From positions 1-64,000 of the forward strand of contig JAFGND010000023.1 in NCBI GenBank assembly GCA_016927185.1: a stretch of 64,000 nt of DNA, in the 5' to 3' direction. Source of the stretch: Candidatus Coatesbacteria bacterium. GTDB taxonomy: Bacteria; JAFGND01. The notes below the pieces were generated by a model, which saw only the letters and a program-made list of their open reading frames with translations, did not search any database and was not told where the DNA came from. Made by a program: the position numbers and the translations under genes. Within the stretch, counting starts at the first letter, position 1. Every line of letters starts with the position of its first letter. Shown here piece by piece: positions 50,647 through 59,861 of the stretch.

Positions 50647-51297
50647 AAAAGTGACTTTAGGTTTTATTTTTTCTGTAATATCTGGAATACCTGTCGGCAA
50701 TACCTTGTAAAAACTGATCCATCTTGTCAACATATATTCAAAGACTTTTTGAGGATTCAAATCCTGATACCATTTCATGATTTCAATATTCAATCCCCAA
50801 TCTGAATCTTTGTACAAACTTGGTGGTTTTACCAAATCAGGTTTCAGAAGCACATTGAAAATAATGTCTCCTATTATCCTGTCTATCTCTCCATTTACAA
50901 TATAGCAAACCGGCATTTCCCTGTTAGAAGAACACCTGGGATGGAGTAATGGAGTTTTACAATAGATTTTTACTTTATCAAGTCTATATGGATAATATCT
51001 TGGTATCTTGAATACAAAAATATGATTGAAGCCAATTATTGCTTTGCCATTCCTTTTATTCACAATTCCAGGAATTCTATTTAAAACGATTTCAAATCCT
51101 TTATATGTTTTATCTTTTCTTTTTCCAATTGATCTTATTGTAATGTCCTCTTGAATCCAGCTGTCTTCGATCCTTTTATGTTTTGAAATCGAGATTTCGT
51201 AAGATAAAGCAAATCCAGAAAATTCCTTATAGAAATTTTCTATTCCTATTTCTATTCTCCTGTTGAATATCAAAGGTGGAAGGTTCAGGTCTTGCAT
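50641..51297 (-). CDS. Ubiquitin-conjugating (E2/UBC-fold)-like enzyme
   Basis: 218 aa; FKIPRYYPYRLDKVKIYCKTPLLHPRCSSNREMPVCYIVNG aligns to UBC core (F.P..YPF.PPKV.F.T.I.HPN....G.ICL); HP + Cys active-site arrangement. Confidence 0.7.
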   Translation of the reverse strand: MQDLNLPPLIFNRRIEIGIENFYKEFSGFALSYEISISKHKRIEDSWIQEDITIRSIGKRKDKTYKGFEIVLNRIPGIVNKRNGKAIIGFNHIFVFKIPRYYPYRLDKVKIYCKTPLLHPRCSSNREMPVCYIVNGEIDRIIGDIIFNVLLKPDLVKPPSLYKDSDWGLNIEIMKWYQDLNPQKVFEYMLTRWISFYKVLPTGIPDITEKIKPKVTFL

Positions 51298-51605
51298 GTT
51301 CCTACTGTTGGTCTTACATCGAATTTGAAAACCTCGCCATTTTCCAGATCTGGTGTTAACTCACCTAATGTTAATCCAGGACTAATTTCTGAGTGTCCGG
51401 TACCTTTTCTTATTAAAATGAAGTTATGCTGCGAACCCACTTTTTTTTGAGCCCACTTATCTAAATTCAGATCAGGTTCTTTTTCGCATCTTGCAACAAT
51501 AGCTTCAAGAATTTCCTCAATTGTAGTTGTTAAATCTACTCCTATTCTAAAGCTCTTATTCTTCGGTTCAACCTCTACCTCAATTGTCCTCCAAAAGGTA
51601 CTCAT
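51285..51605 (-). CDS. Beta-grasp ubiquitin-like protein with C-terminal extension after Gly
   Basis: 106 aa from ATG with perfect SD (AAGGAGG); TIEVEVEP...TIEEILEAIVARC...LTLGELTPDLENGEVFKFDVRPTVG pattern mirrors ubiquitin strand1/helix/strand5; ends ...TVG-TCKT. ORF-track TTG start (MKKKRRKR) rejected. Confidence 0.6.
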   Translation of the reverse strand: MSTFWRTIEVEVEPKNKSFRIGVDLTTTIEEILEAIVARCEKEPDLNLDKWAQKKVGSQHNFILIRKGTGHSEISPGLTLGELTPDLENGEVFKFDVRPTVGTCKT

Positions 51606-51709
51606 CCTCTTCCTCCTTTTTTTCTTCAAGGCTGTTCATGTGAATTTCACAAATAAAGTAAGGTAACCAGTTTGGTGGTTTTTCATTTTTATATGGGAAA
51701 GAAATTTCA

Positions 51710-52507
51710 TCAATGATCTTTATTTTTGACATCTAAATCCTCTATACAAAAAGGTTCAACGCAATTGGGATTTTTTATTATATCTGTTTTAAACAACAGT
51801 CTTTTTTCCAGATTAAAATGCAAGTGAAAATTTCTCTTCTCATTTTCCTCAAAACTGTTTAGCCATTCTGTAACCATCAAACTTGCAGCAATGCTGTTCA
51901 ATGTAATTATAATAGGGAAGGACGGAGAAACGCTTTTAATTAAATCATTGCATTTCGATTTTACTTTCTCAGCAAGAATTTCGTTTTTATATTTTTCTGT
52001 AAAAGAACAACTCATGCATGAATTCTTAAGATTCTTGTAGACTCTTATATCTACTATATTTTTCCCCATTGCTCCATCTATTATAATGGGATGACTCTTC
52101 ATGGAAAGCAAAATTATATTGATCATATACCTAGAGTAATCATTATCAATGCACAAAAAAATACAATCAGAATTCCAATACTTCTTGTTAATGTTTTCTG
52201 CATAAGAAACCAGAGAATCAATTTTTGTTTTCCAAGCTTGCTCTCCGATTACCTTTTTTATGATTTGTGTTTTGAAAGTTCCTTTTCTTATTCCTGGATT
52301 GAAGAATATGCATCTGTTTCTGTTATGTTCTTCTATTTTGTCAAAATCAACTATTGTTATTCCTTTTATTCCTAGTAAAATAAGATTTTTGATAACTTCA
52401 TTTCCAATAGATCCAGCACCAATTACAAGTATCTTTTTTTCGATAATCTCCTTATATCGCTTTTTTCCAATATATTGAGCGTTTTTACTATGTTGAATAT
52501 AAGACAT
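51710..52507 (-). CDS. E1-like ubiquitin-activating enzyme (ThiF/MoeB/HesA family)
   Basis: 265 aa; ILVIGAGSIGNEV nucleotide-binding loop and VDFDKIEEHNRNR adenylation motif; Cys-rich SCMSCS segment. Confidence 0.8.
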   Translation of the reverse strand: MSYIQHSKNAQYIGKKRYKEIIEKKILVIGAGSIGNEVIKNLILLGIKGITIVDFDKIEEHNRNRCIFFNPGIRKGTFKTQIIKKVIGEQAWKTKIDSLVSYAENINKKYWNSDCIFLCIDNDYSRYMINIILLSMKSHPIIIDGAMGKNIVDIRVYKNLKNSCMSCSFTEKYKNEILAEKVKSKCNDLIKSVSPSFPIIITLNSIAASLMVTEWLNSFEENEKRNFHLHFNLEKRLLFKTDIIKNPNCVEPFCIEDLDVKNKDH

Positions 52508-52994
52508 ATTTAATTGGTGCTAGGAATAAACCTCCATCTATAGCTCCTCTTATCTGGAATACTTTGAAGTATTTTGATATTGGATCTGCTATTATGAAGA
52601 CATTACCAGGAGTTCCATATGGAAACAGCAAAAATGTTGATAGATCTTTTAAGGAAAAAAACGGTTCTGTTCCAAAAGGATGAGAATGAAAAAGTCCAAT
52701 TTCTCTCGGTGGATTTATACTGTCAGGATAACGTTCTGATAACATCAGAGAACAATCTCTTAGCCCCTTGTTTGTAAATGAAGCACTTGATCTTGTTTTT
52801 TCGAATTCACCGGTAACCCAATCAGTAATTTTTATATAAATAGCTCCTTCAAATAGACATCTATAGCCGATAAGTTTTGCCAATGCCTCGTTAGGTAATT
52901 CCTCTTCAGAGAATCTCATCAAGTCCCTTGCAATTCTTTTCAGAATATAAACTGAATATATAACTTTTTTCTGCATAATCAATATAGTCAGCAA
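52488..52994 (-). CDS. JAB/MPN (JAMM) metallopeptidase
   Basis: 168 aa; JAMM motif HSHPFGTEPFFSLKD (HxHx7-8SxxD) with upstream Glu. Confidence 0.75.
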   Translation of the reverse strand: MLTILIMQKKVIYSVYILKRIARDLMRFSEEELPNEALAKLIGYRCLFEGAIYIKITDWVTGEFEKTRSSASFTNKGLRDCSLMLSERYPDSINPPREIGLFHSHPFGTEPFFSLKDLSTFLLFPYGTPGNVFIIADPISKYFKVFQIRGAIDGGLFLAPIKYVLYST

Positions 52995-53078
52995 AGATCC
53001 AAATCCACAAAATAAAGCAAGAAGTTTATTTTTGATAAAATGCTTGCATGAATAATATAAAATATTCGCTTTGCCAAC

Positions 53079-53378
53079 ATGATAATTGTAAAAATAATGG
53101 GTCCAGTGGTTTCTACATTGAAAACAGATTCTCTGAAGGGTTTTAAGCTTCTTCTAGTTCAAAGACTTGATATTGAATTGAAAGGTGAAAAACAAGCTCT
53201 CGTAGCTGTTGACTTGGTTGATGCCGGGCCTGGGGATATTGCTTTATTTGTTAGCGGTAGCAGTGCAAGGCAGACTACCGAAACACAAAACAAGCCAGTT
53301 GATGGTTTATTAGTTGGCATTGTGGAGCAAATAGAGAAAGAACATAAAGTGATCTATAAAAGAGGAGAAAATGAATAA
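53079..53378 (+). CDS. EutN/CcmL/PduN-family bacterial microcompartment vertex protein (orphan)
   Basis: 99 aa; MIIVKIMGPVVSTLKTDSLKGFKLLLV...VAVDLVDAGPGDIALFVSGSSAR...PVDGLLVGIV is near-textbook EutN/CcmL signature; no shell hexamer genes nearby. Confidence 0.8.
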   Translation: MIIVKIMGPVVSTLKTDSLKGFKLLLVQRLDIELKGEKQALVAVDLVDAGPGDIALFVSGSSARQTTETQNKPVDGLLVGIVEQIEKEHKVIYKRGENE

Positions 53379-54375
53379 AAATGATCCTAAGGACATATTA
53401 GGACTTTTTTTTACTATCTCCCAGCAACTTGAATATGCAACGAGTGAGAAGTTTTTTTATGATATAAACCCAGATGAATTTGATTCAATATTGTTCGTGG
53501 GAATGGGTGGCTCAGGAGTTGCAGCGAGAATCATAGCTGAGCTTTTTAACAATAAGTTTAAAACTCCATGGTCTTTCAGTAATGATTATCTTGTCCCTGA
53601 ATGGATAAGTGAAAAAAGCTTAGTTGTTTCAATAAGCCAATCTGGAAATACCGAAGAAGTATATTTTTCAACTGAAGATGCATATAGAAAGAATGCAAAG
53701 ATAATAATTATTACAAGCGGAGGTAATCTTGAGATTCTTGCCAGAAAACTTAATTGCCCAATCATAAAAATTCCACCGGTAATTGCCCCGAGAGGAGCTT
53801 TCGGAAATCTATTTGGTACTTTACTTAATTTTTTAAAACAAATGAAAGTGATTGATGTTGAAACCAAGGAAATAGAAGAGACAATAGCTTTGCTTGAGGA
53901 ATTGAAAAGTGAGTGGACTAAGGATGATAGCTTGCCATGGAGAATAGCAAGATATCTTGAAAAATCTTATCCAATGATATATGGTGAAGAGAATTATATG
54001 AACAGCATTTGTTTCAGATGGGTAACACAATTAAATGAAAATGCCGGGATTCTAGCTCATTTCGCAATGCAGCCGGAGATGTCACATAATGAAATAGTAG
54101 GATGGAGAGACAAGAGTATGCCTGCAAAGATATTGTTTCTTTGCGGTAATCAGGTTCATCCGAGAATAGCATTAAGAAGAGAGATAATGAAGAAAATAAT
54201 TCCCTTCGAATATAAAATGATTTTTCCACCATCAGGATTATTGAAATGGCAGGAAGCCTTTTATTTTCTGCATTTAGGAGATATAGTAAGTGTATATCTT
54301 GCTTATATTAATAATAAAGATCCTTTTGATATAAATGAGATTAGTTGTTTGAAAATGGAAATGGGAAAGAAATAG
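53371..54375 (+). CDS. Bifunctional phosphoglucose/phosphomannose isomerase (SIS domain)
   Basis: 334 aa; FVGMGGSG...SQSGNTEE SIS motifs, size typical of archaeal-type PGI/PMI. Confidence 0.75.
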   Translation: MNKNDPKDILGLFFTISQQLEYATSEKFFYDINPDEFDSILFVGMGGSGVAARIIAELFNNKFKTPWSFSNDYLVPEWISEKSLVVSISQSGNTEEVYFSTEDAYRKNAKIIIITSGGNLEILARKLNCPIIKIPPVIAPRGAFGNLFGTLLNFLKQMKVIDVETKEIEETIALLEELKSEWTKDDSLPWRIARYLEKSYPMIYGEENYMNSICFRWVTQLNENAGILAHFAMQPEMSHNEIVGWRDKSMPAKILFLCGNQVHPRIALRREIMKKIIPFEYKMIFPPSGLLKWQEAFYFLHLGDIVSVYLAYINNKDPFDINEISCLKMEMGKK

Positions 54376-54380
54376 GTTTT

Positions 54381-55523
54381 ATGGTAAATACTGATAGATT
54401 ATTGAAGTTATTCATTGAATTATGTTCTATTCCAAGCGAGTCAAAATGTGAACGCGAAATAGCTGAAGTAGTATCAAGAAAAACAAAAAAATTAGCTAAT
54501 GAAATATGGTTTGATGAAGCTCATAAGAAATTTGATGGAAATTGTGGTAATCTTTATATAAAGTATAATGGAAATGTTGATATGCCACCAGTTCTTTTAA
54601 ATGCGCATATAGATACTGTTCCAGTAAAAGGTGAAATAGTTCCAGTTATCCACAATGGAATTGTAAAATCAAAAGGAGATACAATACTGGGAGCTGATGA
54701 TAAGGCTGGAGTTGCAGTAATAATTGAAGTACTGAATACTATAATAGAGAAACAACTTCCCTGCCCTCCACTTGAAATTGTTTTTACTGTTGCAGAAGAA
54801 ATAGGTCTTTTGGGAGCTAAAAATATGGACTACTCTAAACTGAATTCCAGGTATGGGATAAGTCTTGATAGTGCAGAAGTAGAGAAAATAGTTAATGCAG
54901 CACCTTCTCAGCATACATTAAAAGTTGAGATAAAAGGGAAAGCTGCTCATGCTGCAATGAATCCGGAGGAGGGTATTAATGCAATATCCCTGGCTTCAAG
55001 AGCTATATCTATGCTTCCTTGGGGCAGAATTGATGAAGAGACTACTACCAATGTTGGAAAAATTCAGGGAGGAGTTGCTACAAATATTATTCCAGACAGT
55101 ACTATCATAGATATTGAAGTGAGAAGTATGAATAATGATAAATTAGGTAATTTTACAAAGCAGATAGAATCGGTTTTCAAGGATCAGGTTGAAGCTGCCT
55201 GGATAAAGAATGAAAACAAGATACATAGGGCAGATATGAAATTTAAGGTAAATAAGGAATATAGTTCATTCAAGATATCTAGTAAACATAGATTGGTAAA
55301 AGCCTTCTTGAATGCTGGTTGTAAACTGGATATAGCAGTAGAACCAGTAAGGATTGGCGGAGGTAGTGATGCAAATATTTTCAATCAGCATGGAATAGAG
55401 AGTGTAATAATGGGAGTAGGGATGGAAAAATACCATACTTCAGAAGAATTCATTAGAATTTCAGATCTTAACAAAGCAGCCTTTTTGTTGCTTGAAGCAC
55501 TAGCTGCTTTATCTCATAAATAG
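54381..55523 (+). CDS. M20-family peptidase (PepT-like tripeptidase)
   Basis: AHIDTV, GADDKAG, EE metal ligands; start placed at internal ATG (MVNTDRLL) to avoid overlap with PGI; ORF track start 54345 possible. Confidence 0.75.
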   Translation: MVNTDRLLKLFIELCSIPSESKCEREIAEVVSRKTKKLANEIWFDEAHKKFDGNCGNLYIKYNGNVDMPPVLLNAHIDTVPVKGEIVPVIHNGIVKSKGDTILGADDKAGVAVIIEVLNTIIEKQLPCPPLEIVFTVAEEIGLLGAKNMDYSKLNSRYGISLDSAEVEKIVNAAPSQHTLKVEIKGKAAHAAMNPEEGINAISLASRAISMLPWGRIDEETTTNVGKIQGGVATNIIPDSTIIDIEVRSMNNDKLGNFTKQIESVFKDQVEAAWIKNENKIHRADMKFKVNKEYSSFKISSKHRLVKAFLNAGCKLDIAVEPVRIGGGSDANIFNQHGIESVIMGVGMEKYHTSEEFIRISDLNKAAFLLLEALAALSHK

Positions 55524-55532
55524 GAGTTTAAC

Positions 55533-56465
55533 GTGGAGCTGGTATTCTGGGGCACCAGCGAGTTTTGTATTCCAACATTAAAAGCTTTATTTGAAGATAG
55601 TTTTTTCAGAATTAAAGCGATAATTACTCATCCAGATACTATTTGTAATAGGGGATACAAATCTCACTCTTGTCCTGTCAAGAAATTTGGTATAGACCAC
55701 AACATAAGAATACTTGAACCAAGTAAGCCATCAAGCAAGCTTTTCATAGAACAGAATATTGAACATCTAGCTGTAGATGCATATGTTGTAATTAGCTATG
55801 GTTATATTTTGAAAAAAAGGCTTCTAGATATACCCAAGCTTGGAGCTATTAATCTTCATCCTTCACTTTTACCAAAATATAGAGGACCAGCTCCAATTTC
55901 ATGGGCTTTGATTAATGGTGAAAAGAAAACAGGACTGACCACTTTCATACTCAATGATAAGGTTGATTCTGGTGAGATTTTGTTGCAAAAGGAAGTAGAT
56001 ATTTTTCAAGATGAAACTTATGGGGAACTTGAAGCAAGATTATCATTTTTAGGAAGCAAATATGTTGTAGAATCGCTAAAAAGGCTTATCGATGGTAGTA
56101 TTACACCCCAAAAGCAGGATGATTCATTAGTCAGCTTTGCCCCTAAGATAGACAAGCAAATGGTTAAGATAGACTGGAATAAAACAAGCAATAACATTTT
56201 TAATTTCATAAGAGGACTATCTCCCAAATATAAACCATTCACATATATGGAAGATAAAAGAATAAATATTTATAAAGTACTTAAAACAGATTTAGATATA
56301 AGTCTCTTCCCTGGGGAATGCAGGGTAATTGCCAGACAATTATATATAGGAACTTCGGATAAGCCTCTTGAAATTATGACTTTACAGATTGAATCCAAAA
56401 AGATTCTACCTTCAAGTGAATTCCTAAAAGGATATCCCAATATATCAGGGAAAGTACTCAGATAA
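55533..56465 (+). CDS. fmt: Methionyl-tRNA formyltransferase
   Basis: 310 aa; GTSEF, HPSLLPKYRG, formyl-transferase core; GTG start. Confidence 0.9.
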   Translation: MELVFWGTSEFCIPTLKALFEDSFFRIKAIITHPDTICNRGYKSHSCPVKKFGIDHNIRILEPSKPSSKLFIEQNIEHLAVDAYVVISYGYILKKRLLDIPKLGAINLHPSLLPKYRGPAPISWALINGEKKTGLTTFILNDKVDSGEILLQKEVDIFQDETYGELEARLSFLGSKYVVESLKRLIDGSITPQKQDDSLVSFAPKIDKQMVKIDWNKTSNNIFNFIRGLSPKYKPFTYMEDKRINIYKVLKTDLDISLFPGECRVIARQLYIGTSDKPLEIMTLQIESKKILPSSEFLKGYPNISGKVLR

Positions 56466-57638
56466 ATGATACAAATATTTGAAATTATTGGAATAATAAG
56501 CATGTTTACCTTGTTTTACATTTACTTAGGGTACCCAGTTATTTTATACATGCTAAGCCTTTTCAAGAAAAAAGAGGATATCAATGAAATAAACATAACT
56601 CAATCAGGGATAAGTATAATAATCCCAGTTCATAATGAAGAGGAAATTATTGAGAAGAAGATAGAAGATACAATAAATGTCTCTAATGATATAACCGAAA
56701 GGGAGATTATTATAGTTGATGATGCATCAAATGATAACACTTCAAAAATCTGTAAGAATTACTCAGAACAATATCCGTTTATCAAATTAAAAACCTTTGA
56801 TTGCAGAGGAGGCAAGACAAGAAGTATTAATTATGGTACTGCCATTTCCACTCATGAATTCATACTTTATACTGATGCTAATATATTCCTCAAGGGAAGT
56901 GATCTGCTAAAAACGCTTTCCTTATTTACTGATGAAAAAGTTGGTTGCATATGTGGAGAGAAAAGACCTATACAGATGGTTATATCGGGAACAGGAAAAG
57001 GAGTTGGTTTTTATGCAAGATGGGAGTGGTTTGTTAAATCACTGGAAAGCAAGATAGATAGTGTTGTAGGAGCTGATGGTGGTTTATTCATGATAAGAAA
57101 AAGACTATTCACAGCACTTCCTGAAGATGTTATAGACGATTTTACTACAAGTCTCAATATCAGAATAAAGGGATATAAAATAATTCTGTCTACATATCTC
57201 CTCGGAATGGAGCCTGCTACAACAAATTACAAGGAGGAATTCATTTCTAAAGTAAGAGTTATTTCAAGAGCCTGGAAAGGTTTTTTATATTCATATAGAG
57301 TGTTATATTTCTGGAAATATCCTGTTTTTACCTGGGAATTCATTTCTCATAAAATATTAAGATGGTTGAGTCCTTTTTTCATGTTATGTTTATTGTTAAT
57401 AGTACCAGTCTCTTTTAATAATATATACTTTATGCCTTTTTCATTATTATATATTATTTTTTTAATTCTATCTTTTCTTGGTTATTTATCTGAAAAAAAC
57501 AAAAGAAGAAATAGATTTCTTTCAGTTCCATTTTATTTTTGTTTAGTTAATTTTGCTGCGATAAACGGGTTAGCAAGATTCTTGATGGGAAAAAGCAATG
57601 TAATCTGGCAGAAAAGTCAGTCTTCAAGGAAGTTTTAA
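56466..57638 (+). CDS. Family 2 glycosyltransferase, membrane-integrated
   Basis: 390 aa; ISIIIPVHNEE...IIIVDDASNDNT GT-A motifs, C-terminal TM helices. Confidence 0.75.
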   Translation: MIQIFEIIGIISMFTLFYIYLGYPVILYMLSLFKKKEDINEINITQSGISIIIPVHNEEEIIEKKIEDTINVSNDITEREIIIVDDASNDNTSKICKNYSEQYPFIKLKTFDCRGGKTRSINYGTAISTHEFILYTDANIFLKGSDLLKTLSLFTDEKVGCICGEKRPIQMVISGTGKGVGFYARWEWFVKSLESKIDSVVGADGGLFMIRKRLFTALPEDVIDDFTTSLNIRIKGYKIILSTYLLGMEPATTNYKEEFISKVRVISRAWKGFLYSYRVLYFWKYPVFTWEFISHKILRWLSPFFMLCLLLIVPVSFNNIYFMPFSLLYIIFLILSFLGYLSEKNKRRNRFLSVPFYFCLVNFAAINGLARFLMGKSNVIWQKSQSSRKF

Positions 57639-57640
57639 TA

Positions 57641-58945
57641 ATGACTAAGGTCGTATCAATTATAGGCAGACCCAATGTTGGTAAGAGCAGTATTTTCAAT
57701 GCACTCTTAAGGAAGAGAGTATCAATAACATCTGAAATCCCAGGCGTAACAAGAGACAGGATTTATCAGAAACTGATGTTAGATAAAGGATGGATATGGC
57801 TTGTTGATACAGGTGGTTTTATGCCAGAACGAAATGCAGTTGATCCTCTTGCGAAAAAGGTCTTGAATCAAATTGAAGATGCTATTGAGGAAAGCGATCT
57901 TTGTTTGTTCATTGCAGATTCTGAATGTGAGGTAACTGACCAGGATATTCAGCTTGCAAATCTTCTTTTGAGAAAGCAGAAACAGATCTGGCTTATAGTC
58001 AATAAAATAGACAGAGTCCAGGATATCTCTTCTTTTTATAGACTAGGTTTAGGAGAACCATTTGGAGTTAGTGCTATACAAAGGAGTAACATAAGCAGAC
58101 TTCTCGAGAAGCTGAATATTTTTGCTGAAGAGACTCCATTCAAATATCAGCATGAACTTACAACTATTGCCTGTTTTGGTAAACCCAATGTAGGGAAATC
58201 ATCATTAATAAACAGGATTATTGGTGAAGAGAGAGTCATAGTATCAGAAATTCCTGGTACTACAAGGGACAGGATACAGATACCATTCAAATATAATAAT
58301 AAGGATCTTGTTTTGCTTGATACTGCAGGAATCAGGAAAAAAAGCAAATTAAAAGACCAACTTGAGTTTTTGTCTTTCATAAGAACATTGAAGGCAATTC
58401 CCATGACAGACATAGGAATACTTCTCCTTGATGCAGAAACTGGTATGACATCATATGAAATAGACATATGTCAGGAACTCGTTCAGGCATTCAAAGCTAT
58501 AGTTTTGGTTTTCAACAAAATAGACCTTGTCAGCCATGACAAAGCAAGATTGAATTATTTGAAATCTGAAATTGTATCATGGATCCCCTTTTTCCCATAT
58601 ATAAAACCATTTTTTGTTTCCGCTAAAACAGGAAGAGGAATTGAAAAAATAATCAAAGCTTCACTTGAAGCAGAACAAAGAAGAAAACAAAGGATTTCAA
58701 CTTCTGAATTACAGAATTTTCTGAAGAAGGTTATTAATCATTACAATCCTCCTGTTGGAAAATTCGGTAGAAAAATAAAAATTGGTTTTTTGCAGCAATC
58801 TGATTCAGATATTCCTCATTTCATTTTTTTCGGAAGGCATCTTGCTGATTTACAGGAAAATTATAAGAGGTATTTGAGAGGACAGTTTTATAAGAGTTTC
58901 GATTTTGTTAATGTTCCAATAAAGATTGATTTCAGAGAAGAATAA
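57641..58945 (+). CDS. der: Ribosome-biogenesis GTPase Der (EngA)
   Basis: 434 aa; two tandem G domains (GRPNVGKSS, GKPNVGKSS) + KH-like C-terminus. Confidence 0.9.
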   Translation: MTKVVSIIGRPNVGKSSIFNALLRKRVSITSEIPGVTRDRIYQKLMLDKGWIWLVDTGGFMPERNAVDPLAKKVLNQIEDAIEESDLCLFIADSECEVTDQDIQLANLLLRKQKQIWLIVNKIDRVQDISSFYRLGLGEPFGVSAIQRSNISRLLEKLNIFAEETPFKYQHELTTIACFGKPNVGKSSLINRIIGEERVIVSEIPGTTRDRIQIPFKYNNKDLVLLDTAGIRKKSKLKDQLEFLSFIRTLKAIPMTDIGILLLDAETGMTSYEIDICQELVQAFKAIVLVFNKIDLVSHDKARLNYLKSEIVSWIPFFPYIKPFFVSAKTGRGIEKIIKASLEAEQRRKQRISTSELQNFLKKVINHYNPPVGKFGRKIKIGFLQQSDSDIPHFIFFGRHLADLQENYKRYLRGQFYKSFDFVNVPIKIDFREE

Positions 58946-58946
58946 A

Positions 58947-59861
58947 CTAGAAGTTCTCTTTGTTAATACTATGGTAACTCCAAACAAGCCTGTCTATTGA
59001 ACCTTTATCATGTCCGTTTGTTATTGATTTCCAGCCATTGTTACTTTCATTCCATAGGAGTTTGTATTTCTCTCCAATCTTATATTCGCTTAATTTTGGT
59101 ATAGCTCTTTCAAATCTAAATAAAAATCCTAGCCATTCAATCATAATATTATACTTATCAGCAAGATAAATGAAGTATTTTTTTGTTTTTTCAGCCTGTT
59201 TCATTTCCTGGATTTCATATAGAGATTTGAGAATTGAAGACAGAAATGGAGTGAAAAAAGGATTGTTTGAAGAAGGGATTTCAAAATCTATCTTGTTCTT
59301 CTTGAAAACTGCAACAACAGGGAATCCTGTTGAAGGATAAAAATCTAGCCATATTAAATCTGGTTGAAATCCATATTGAAGCGAAACAAATAGAGAATTT
59401 GATCTCAAGAAACTCAAGCTTTCATCTACAAGAAATAACTTCGATTTATATTGCCGATCCTTCATTGCCTCAAAATGCTGGTTGATATCAATATTATATG
59501 CAGGCAGGGAATCCTCCCATACTAAATTGGAGCAATCATCAGGATATAGGGGAAGATGTAATTTCACAAGACAATCACTTTTTCCTTGAATCTTGGCCCA
59601 TGCCCTGAATAACAAAGTTGCAGCTTCAGATTTAGAAGGATAGAAGCATATTTCATAACCTTCAATTCTTCGTCTAAACCATTCTTTTAAGTGAGTTAGA
59701 TAAGGATCTTTTTCGTCCCAATTACCTAATGAGAGAGTGTTTTTGAAAGTTTTTGTAATTACTGGATTTCTATAACCAAGTAAGGGGATGAAAGGAGAAA
59801 AGCTTAGCCACTTTGTCCCCTCAATATCATATAATCTGCATTCTCTATATCTCTTGAACAT
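58947..59861 (-). CDS. Hypothetical protein
   Basis: 304 aa ORF co-oriented and overlapping with lpxH-like gene. Confidence 0.45.
   Translation of the reverse strand: MFKRYRECRLYDIEGTKWLSFSPFIPLLGYRNPVITKTFKNTLSLGNWDEKDPYLTHLKEWFRRRIEGYEICFYPSKSEAATLLFRAWAKIQGKSDCLVKLHLPLYPDDCSNLVWEDSLPAYNIDINQHFEAMKDRQYKSKLFLVDESLSFLRSNSLFVSLQYGFQPDLIWLDFYPSTGFPVVAVFKKNKIDFEIPSSNNPFFTPFLSSILKSLYEIQEMKQAEKTKKYFIYLADKYNIMIEWLGFLFRFERAIPKLSEYKIGEKYKLLWNESNNGWKSITNGHDKGSIDRLVWSYHSINKENF

Noticed and set aside
51606-51629. ORF-track N-terminal extension MKKKRRKR of the ubiquitin-like protein
   Set aside because: It requires a TTG start. The in-frame ATG 24 nt downstream has a perfect AAGGAGG Shine-Dalgarno sequence at ideal spacing. 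The poly-Lys/Arg stretch is simply the translation of the purine-rich RBS.
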